NCBI GenBank assembly: GCA_964016885.1
Contig: OZ024746.1
Location: forward strand, 91,202,001 to 91,266,000
Source of the DNA: Eledone cirrhosa
Taxonomy: Eukaryota
Direction: 5' to 3'
Length of the DNA: 64,000 nt
Numbering within the stretch: position 1 is the first letter of the stretch; each line of letters opens with the position of its first letter. Shown here piece after piece: positions 1 through 64,000 of this stretch. The notes under the pieces are model-generated. The model saw only the letters and a list, made by a program, of their open reading frames with translations, was not told the origin of the DNA and made no database searches. A program made the translations under genes and the position numbers.

Positions 1-92
<92 letters not shown>

Positions 93-176
93 TATGTGTA
101 TATATATATATACGCATGGCCTCAGCCGGATGGCTGAAACAGGTAAAAGAGTAAAAGAGTATATATATATATACAC

Positions 177-256
<80 letters not shown>

Positions 257-279
257 ATATATATATATATATATATGTG

Positions 280-327
<48 letters not shown>

Positions 328-328
328 C

Positions 329-379
<51 letters not shown>

Positions 380-380
380 C

Positions 381-473
<93 letters not shown>

Positions 474-490
474 CATACATGTATGTGTGT
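1..490. repeat. (TA)n microsatellite; similar tracts at 25570-25920, 26120-26310 and many others
   Basis: Seen directly. Confidence 0.98.
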
Positions 491-492
491 GA

Positions 493-678
493 ATTGGCAG
501 TATCTGTAGAGGTTTGGACGCCATACTGTCCAGCATAGTTACGTCCCTTTACGGTCTGAGTTCAAATCCCGCCGAGGTTCACTTTGCCTTTCATCCTTAC
601 GGGGTCGATAAAATAAAGTACCAGTAATGTACTGGGTAATTGCTGGCCTTGTGCCAAAAGTAGAAACAATTATTATAT
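493..678 (+). mobile_element. tRNA-derived SINE family A (Meta-SINE-like central domain), about 20 copies
   Basis: A box TGGCAGTATC, B box GAGTTCAAATCC, core CTTTCATCCTTACGGGGTCGATAAAATAAAGTACCAG, (ATT)n tail. Minus copies near 970, 3505, 3990, 4780, 4870, 24355, 28047, 30537, 37912, 44390, 45222, 46652, 46826, 54070, 60055; plus copies near 15800, 16218, 36725, 62447. Confidence 0.85.
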
Positions 679-689
679 TGTCTCAAATA

Positions 690-930
690 CCCTTACGGTT
701 GAGTTAACCCAAAAGTGTAGGAACTGCTTTCTCAAGCAAATACTATAATCACTTTCCGTCTAATTTACAACTCGCCTGTGGCCTTCATCAATTTTGATTG
801 CCCTGCACTTTTTTATACAGCTCTCATCTTTCATGCACATACCAACGTAATCTCCTCTCAATGAAACTGCATCTGATCCCTCTTATTCCTAATTACTCAC
901 TTAGTTCGTTTATGTTTTGCTGTTCCTATA
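690..930 (-). mobile_element. Degenerate RTE LINE fragment
   Basis: Reverse complement resembles the 42620-42900 RTE segment (EQQNINELS..GIRC..HMKDESCIKKCRAIKIDEG). Confidence 0.6.
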
Positions 931-1232
931 TATATATATTACTATATATATACATATATATATATACACAATAATTGTTTCTACGTTAGGCACAAGGCCA
1001 GCAATTACCCAGTGCATTACTGGTACTTTATTTTATCGACCCCGTAAGGATGAAAGGCAAAGTTCACCTTGGCGGGATTTGAACTGAGAATGGCAAGGGC
1101 TGTAACTCTATACGTCAAAGCATGGCGTCCGACCCTCTACCAATACTGCCAATCGATACAATAATGAGACGTACACAGATATATGCGATATATGCCAGAT
1201 GCAGATCTGTTTTGAAATTTTTCCATGAGGTG

Positions 1233-1324
1233 TTCCCTTGATAACTCGGCATACCTCACAAAAATGTTACATCTCTATGATGTAGGATTTTTGCATAGTA
1301 GCCACGAAACTGTACAATCGGGAA
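1233..1324 (+). ncRNA. Candidate hammerhead with U3-A8 variant core
   Basis: ttccc-TTGATAA(1238)-long stem II (ggc...gcc)-GAAA-CTGTACAA-TC-gggaa. Confidence 0.5.
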
Positions 1325-1935
1325 TTTGAAGAAAAAAATGGGTATTTATTTATGTCTAATATTTCTTCTTACTTTATAATATATTATATATATATATGTA
1401 TGTATATATATATATCATCATCATCATTTCATTTTACGTCCGCTTTTCTCTGCTTGCAAGGGAGGGACGGGAACTGATTCTGACTTGATTTCTACAGCTG
1501 GATGCCCTTCCTAACACCAACCTCATTTACAGTGAGTGCTCAGTGCTTTTTTTCCGTGGCGCCTACACGTCCACTTTACAGTGTGGACTGGGTGCTTTTT
1601 TGCTGTGGCACCTCCACGACCACTTTGCAGTGGAATGATAGGGACCCCAGTCCTACCATCTCATTTCTACAGCTGAGTGAACTGGAGCAATGTGAAATAA
1701 AGTGTCTTGCTCAAGGAAACAACACATCACCTGGTCTGAGAATTGAACTCACAACCTTTCGATTGCAAGGCCAATGCTCTAACCACTAATCCATGTGCCT
1801 CCATATATGTATATGTATGTATTAGAATTTCGTATTTCAGAAGAAATACGGTATGTTTAAAATAACCATTTAGAGAGCCGTAGCTATGCCAAAACACCAG
1901 CGACTAATGCCGTCTGGCGATATCCAACAGAAGCA

Positions 1936-1997
1936 AGGGGGTCAATCATGGATGCACATTTCAAACTGAACTGGTTCTTATCAGCACAATCCCTCCC
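1936..1997 (-). ncRNA. Degenerate inverted copy of the 2363 hammerhead
   Basis: Reverse complement reads gattgtg-CTGATAA-gaac cagttca gttt-GAAA-tgtgca-TC-catgat; G8A core change without compensation. Confidence 0.6.
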
Positions 1998-2362
1998 AGT
2001 CTTGCAACTGCTGGACTTTGAAAACAGGTGAGAATATACAGTTTTCTTGTCTGTGTAAATGAAGAGATTAATCTCATTTGCATATGAAGCTGTATAAGTT
2101 GGCTGAATTTATAATAGAATAGAAATAGGATTTAGCTTCAAGCATAGTTGTGTACAGTTATGTATAGAAATTTCATATTTCAGAAGAAACATGGTATGCT
2201 TAAAATAAACAACTATGCCTGAAGCTAAATTGTAATTCTATTCTATTATAATTTGAGCCAACTTATATAGTTTCATATGCAAATGAGATTAATCACCTCA
2301 TTTACACAGACATGAAAACCATGTATTCTCACCTGTTTTCAAAGTCCAGTAGTTGCATGACT

Positions 2363-2425
2363 GGGAGGGATCATGCTGATGAGAACCAGTTAAGTTCGAA
2401 ATGCGCATCCACGATTGTCCCTCTT
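2363..2425 (+). ncRNA. Type I minimal hammerhead ribozyme motif
   Basis: ggagggatcatg-CTGATGA(2376)-GAAC cagttaa GTTC-GAAA-TGCGCA-TC-cacgat tgt ccctct: complete core, stem II, palindromic stem III (ATGCGCAT) and extended stem I. Confidence 0.8.
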
Positions 2426-2746
2426 GCTTCTGCTGGACATCGCCAGATGGCATTAGTCGCTGGTGTCTATTCCTCAGTGATGTATAAGATTCTCTCTCTC
2501 TCTATATATATATATTTATGTGTGTGTAGGAACCTTACCTCGTATTGGATCTATATCAAGGGCAACTGCATTCTTTAACTGGCCCAAAGGAACAACAACA
2601 TCAGCAAAATATTGCACATCTAAAGAAATTTTGCAAATATCATTCCGTCGTGCAAATATCAAAAAATTTTTCATTTCTGAAAGAGAAAATTTTGAGATTT
2701 AAATCAGTAGTTATTCACAGACATTTCAAAAGGAAAAATATATATA

Positions 2747-3154
2747 TAAACCTGAAAATATTTGGGATCATTAAATTTTCTAAGGTAAGATTCTTTTGTT
2801 ATCTTAGCAATTTAATTTTCTTTCTAATGCATTGTTTGGTTTTCAAAATTATTTAAATTTGTGTTTTGTATTCAACAATGCTTCACACAAGCTACAAAAC
2901 TCTTATCTTTACACCTGAGCCAGGACCAGTTTGCAACTTTAAAGGGACTTTTTAGATTATCAGAGAAATGAGCTCAACTCCGATTGATTTTTTAAGTCTC
3001 TCATAGGGTTACACCCTTGATAACGGGTCTTTAAACCCGAAGATATTTGGGATAATTAAATTTGCTAAGGTAAGATTCTTTTGTTATCTTAGTGATTTAA
3101 TTTTCTCTCTAATGCATTGTTTGGTTTTCAAAATTATTTAAGCTACAAAACTCT
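2747..3154 (+). mobile_element. Partial tandem repeat (2747-2856 / 3032-3154) resembling a Penelope pLTR, flanked by (TA)n
   Basis: ~110-bp direct repeat beginning within the hammerhead motif. Confidence 0.5.
3013..3053 (+). ncRNA. Candidate hammerhead with U3-A8 variant core
   Basis: ccc-TTGATAA(3017)-cGGGT ctttaa ACCC-GAAg-ATAT-TT-ggg; the tandem copy at 2754 keeps GAAAATATTTGGG. Confidence 0.55.
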
Positions 3155-3155
3155 G

Positions 3156-3213
<58 letters not shown>

Positions 3214-3763
3214 TCCTATACAAGTAAGATATATATATATATATACATTCCTATACGAGTAAGACATATATTTATAAGTTAACATTCTATAACATTATCA
3301 CCTTTTTTAAATGTATCATGGATTACTTTACTGATTACAGAAGAAAGTGTATCACAGTCTTTGTTCAATTTATGTGTATATTGTCAATATATTTTTCAAT
3401 TTACATATATCTATATGCATATATATTTGTGTTTAATATCAATATGCACACTACATATTCTAGCAGAAAATTGCCCGGGGGTAGTTTTCTGCTAGTAATA
3501 GTAATAATAATTGTTTCTACTTTTGGTACAAGGCCAGCAATTACCCCAGTGCATTACTGGTGCTTTATTTTATCGACCCCGTAAGGATGAAAGGCAAAGT
3601 TAACCTCGGCGGGATTTGAACTCAGACCATAAAGGGCCGTAACTCTATGTTGCAAAGCATGGTGTCCGGCCCTCTACCGATACTGCCAATCCACCACCAC
3701 CCTAATAATAATAATAGCTCACCCTTTTCACATGTAATAATAATAATAATAATAATAGCTCAC

Positions 3764-60037
<56,274 letters not shown>

Positions 60038-60177
60038 CTGTTATAATAATAATAATAATTGTTTCAATGTTTTGACACAAGGCCAGCAATTACCCCCAGT
60101 GCATTACTGGTGCTGTACTTTATTAACCCCTTAAGGATGAAAGGCAAAGTTATAAAATAATAATAATAATAATATAA

Positions 60178-60722
60178 TAGGTGATCAGATTAGCAAGGGA
60201 GGAGGGTGCTCCGAGGTCATAGTATCTAGAATAAGGACAGAATGGAAGAAGTTTAGGGAGCTGCTTCCTCTGTTGACAAAGAAGAGTTTCTCCCTACGAA
60301 CAAAAGGTCAGTTATATGATGCTGCATGGTAGTGGATATGCGATGGCTGGAGAGAAATGAAGCAGGCATGCTCCGTTGGATGTGCAATGTCAATGTACGT
60401 GAACGACCAAGCATGAATGAGTTGAGAGAGAAACTGTGTGTAAGAGGGATAAGTTGTGGTGTGAAGGAGAGAAGACTGAGAGGGTATGGACGTGTGATAC
60501 ACATGGAGGATGACCACTGGGTAAAGAAGTATCAATAAATCCCAGTAGAAGGAAGACGCAGTAGAGGAAGACCATGAAAAACATAGGAGGTGGTGAGAGC
60601 AGACCTCAGATCGCTGAAGCTCACAGAGGAGATGATGAAGGACCGTGACAAGTGGAGAGATGCTGTGCTGAATAGGACCCATCCCACCCTTGCAAGCAGG
60701 GAAAAGGGACGTATGATGATGA
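60178..60722 (+). mobile_element. RTE LINE 3' fragment
   Basis: WKKFRELL, ERNEAGMLRWMC, ERRLRGYGRV; tail shared with SINE B. Confidence 0.8.
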
Positions 60723-60899
60723 ATAAACAAGTACCAGTAGTAGGGAATGGGGGAGCCTTAATGGGACCCCACACCCTGCTAATATTGGCTTGGTGTCCAA
60801 CATTTCATTGGATCACAAACTCCACTGGCACATGGGCAAGACCCATGCTAGGGTCAGTGGCTATGGGAGGGTACCCATACAGATCACTAACCCCTTAAC

Positions 60900-61881
60900 A
60901 ACATGATGGTACAAGCAAGAAGTAAATCATACCACATTGGTCGTCACGCAGATTACTTAGGACCGCGTCCCTCAGCTAGGAAAAATCAGCAAATAGAACA
61001 ACCCTCTACCATAACCCCCCCCCCCAGTGACCCTCATACCGAGGATAGACAGTGAGCCACAGGGTGATAACACCAAGGTGCATGGTAAAAAAAAAACACA
61101 ACAAACATGGACCAGAGAGGAATACAAAGCAGTGATGGCTGCATACTATACTGCCATCCCGTTTCCAAGAGAGAACTCGTCAATGCAAGAAACCTATAGT
61201 ATATGTAGGAATTCCAACCCTAACTCCAGAGACATGAATAAGTTAGCTAATATGAGAAGAGACATTATGATGAATCAGAATTGGAAACCATCAAAGGAGA
61301 GATAAGTGAGCAACATAACAACCCCAGTCAAGAAGGAGACCTGCATACAACAGAAGCAGCAGACGATGAGCGTATTACTGAAACTCCCTGGACATCAACA
61401 TGTAGGTGATAACTCACTGGTTCATGCTGTTGTCTGGACAATGAAGGAAGATATTCTGCGGGAGTGGGAGATTCTGGAAATGAAAGACTTGATAAATCGG
61501 ACAAAACTCCAGAAAGTGCCCAAAGTCATGCATCAACTAAAGAAGAAAGTCAACCTTGCTAACAAAGCACTAGAGGTAATCAGAGGTAACACAGAAATCC
61601 ACGGGCACTTGATGAGATTAACCAGCTACTATATGCCACTGTAACCATGATTGCTGGCAAGCTGCACCCCAAAATACAAACAGAGAAAATAAACACAAAA
61701 GGAATACCAAAATGGCAGAGACAGCTGGAGAACAAAGTTGCTCTCATATCTGAAATAGATAAGGGAACTGACATCAACCCCCAAAAGCTTTCTAGGCTGA
61801 GGAAGAAATACAAGGCCAACCAGAAAGCAGACTGGAAAGACATTGCTGAATCAATCAAGCAAAAGATACAGGCAAAGGCAC
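60900..61881 (+). mobile_element. R4/Dong-like non-LTR element, 5' part (frameshifted, runs into the N gap)
   Basis: WTREEYKAVMAAYY, NKLANMRRDI, PKWQRQLENK..ESIKQKIQAKA resemble R4/Dong ORF N-termini. Confidence 0.5.
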
Positions 61882-62081
61882 NNNNNNNNNNNNNNNNNNN
61901 NNNNNNNNNNNNNNNNNNNNNNNNNNNNNNNNNNNNNNNNNNNNNNNNNNNNNNNNNNNNNNNNNNNNNNNNNNNNNNNNNNNNNNNNNNNNNNNNNNNN
62001 NNNNNNNNNNNNNNNNNNNNNNNNNNNNNNNNNNNNNNNNNNNNNNNNNNNNNNNNNNNNNNNNNNNNNNNNNNNNNNNNN
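61882..62081. other. Assembly gap (200 N)
   Basis: Run of N. Confidence 1.
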
Positions 62082-64000
62082 TATTTTTGTTTAGTTCCAA
62101 GATAGATTTGGTTGAACAGACCTTTGATCAAAGGTATTCCCACTATAACCATCTTACCTTATTTTTTAGGCATATGTAGCAGTGTGTTGTAGGAGGTAAC
62201 TAAAATTGGCAATAGAAAGAGCATCTCCAAATATAAGACACTTTACTCTTAAAGAGAACTATGATAAGTTTAATTAAAAAATCGTGGGCCCCACAAAACT
62301 AAGCCAAACTTAAACAGGCAAAATAACCTTAAAACATTTGATGTTTAGTGTAACCTCACGATTACATTATCTCAGAAGTCCTTTCATTTGTTTTTGAAGA
62401 TGGTAAGGAGGAGGATTTAGCTGATAATTTTAGCATATTATATTATGGCAGTATCGGTAGAACATCAGACACCATGCTTTGCAACTTAGAGTTATGGCTC
62501 TTGACGTTGAAATCCACTGAGGTTCACTTTGCCTTTCATCCTTACAGGGTCGATAAAATAAAGTACCAGTAATGCATTGGAGTCATTGCTGGCCTTGTGC
62601 CAAAAGTAGAAACAATTATATTAATTGGATCTGAGAAAGATTGTGTCCTTGAGCAGGATACTTGATTTCACATTGCTCCACTCTACTCTGCTGTGAGTTG
62701 TACCTGAAATTCAACTGTGTTGTGCTGAATCTCCCGTAGAACAACGTTAAGCGTACATGTGTCTGTGGAATGCTCTGCCACTTAAACACACACTCATGAA
62801 ATGAATATGTACGTTGAGAGAGAAATACTCTTTTGTACTTTTAATAGTTATTGTGTCCTGAAGTACTTATTTCAGTCTTATACTCTCTCTCACACACATG
62901 TATTTATACACATACACATATACACACACACACACACATACACACACACATACATACACACATATATAGTGAGGGATTATATAACTGCAACTTTGGTATT
63001 GAGTACTCATTCTCATGTCCATCTATAACATGTGTGTGTGTGTATATATATATATATACAAGTGGAAGCTTAGTAAAATCGAAGCAAAGTCGATCTACAA
63101 TAGGAATGAGTTAGCAATGCACTCAATAAGAGTAGGTCCTTAGAGTAATAACATACGTTTAAATAGCTTGACAAATTGAACCTTGCGGTAGGCAAAACCC
63201 AACCATACAGTACCAAAGTAACGAAAGAACTAACAGGTTAAATATATATATATATATATATATATGAGAGAAAGGGAGAGATCAGTAGCAGGTAAAACCG
63301 ACATAAAAGGATGAGGGGGAGAGAGAGAGAGAGACCTGAAGTAGGTAAAACAGACATGGGTGGGGAGAGAGACTCTTCATTAAATTATATATTTATTGTC
63401 CTCTGATGTATGCATGTCTTTCAGTTCAACAATGAACTAATAATAAATTCTTTTATGGTGAATTTTGCTGCCAAATTTTGAAGCAAAGAATGAAACTGGA
63501 CTTGTGATTGCCAAGTTAAACAAAGCTGTCTTTTCTTTATCAGCTTCATTGCTAATCAAATTAGATATTTAACATACTTTTAGAGCACACCTGTAGGTTA
63601 TCATTGCGTCTTGACATTTTAGTACACTATTATAATACTGAGGTGTGCCAAAGGTGTTAGGTTTTACAGTAGCTTGTTATATTTATTGGAGGGGGGGGTA
63701 TATGGGGGTCAGTTCATAGGCTGACCAAGATACTCTCATGGAATGACCAAATGAGGTTTATTTTTCAACATAATCCCTAGAAAGAAGCAATGCAGTTATT
63801 AATGAGAAGAGTTGAAAATATTGTATGCAAGATTTCACAGCTCTAGCATCACTCGTTTATTTATAGTCAGCCTCTTGACTTTTCAGCCGACCCTCGTACT
63901 TTACTATGCAACTAAAGACCTATTTTATCTGATACTTTTTTTGTTTTCCAATTATCTAAAAGTGATCTGTTGTCTGATGCAGGGCTTCAAGGTCATATTT

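Larger units (their letters stand above)
1817..2466. mobile_element. Penelope-like/retrozyme-type repeat with inverted arms (1894-2151 / 2209-2466); relative at ~25050-25375
   Basis: ~255-bp imperfect inverted repeat; the spacer repeats 1817-1866 directly; hammerhead in each arm. Confidence 0.6.

Noticed and set aside
115-160. AGCC-ggat-GGCT-GAAAC resembling a hammerhead 3' half
   Set aside because: No CUGANGA or stem I; it looks like a SINE 3' end with a (GTAAAAGA) tail.
94-538. YI-repeat ORFs (also 25545-26401)
   Set aside because: (TA)n microsatellite translations.

Overview
AT-rich, repeat-dense animal genomic DNA; the SINE/LINE families and (TA)n density suggest an octopod cephalopod (inference). 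The whole window lies inside one large minus-strand gene, an LRP4 orthologue. I resolved 15 GT-AG exons (60037 down to 3764) that splice into one frame of 2442 nt (814 codons): 3 LDLa repeats, EGF, cbEGF, YWTD propeller 1, EGF, YWTD propeller 2, EGF. Both gene ends lie outside the window. Introns hold tRNA-derived SINEs, RTE and R4/Dong-like LINE fragments, mariner/Tc1, hAT, piggyBac-like and Helitron-like elements, and many TE-derived minisatellites. The most notable hidden signal is a set of about ten type I hammerhead-ribozyme motifs from several unrelated repeat families. They have palindromic minimal stem III, covarying stems and, in three cases, a compensatory U3-A8 core. They sit in inverted or tandem repeats beside (TA)n, as expected for Penelope-like retroelement pLTRs or retrozymes. 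All folding was done by eye and nothing was tested.
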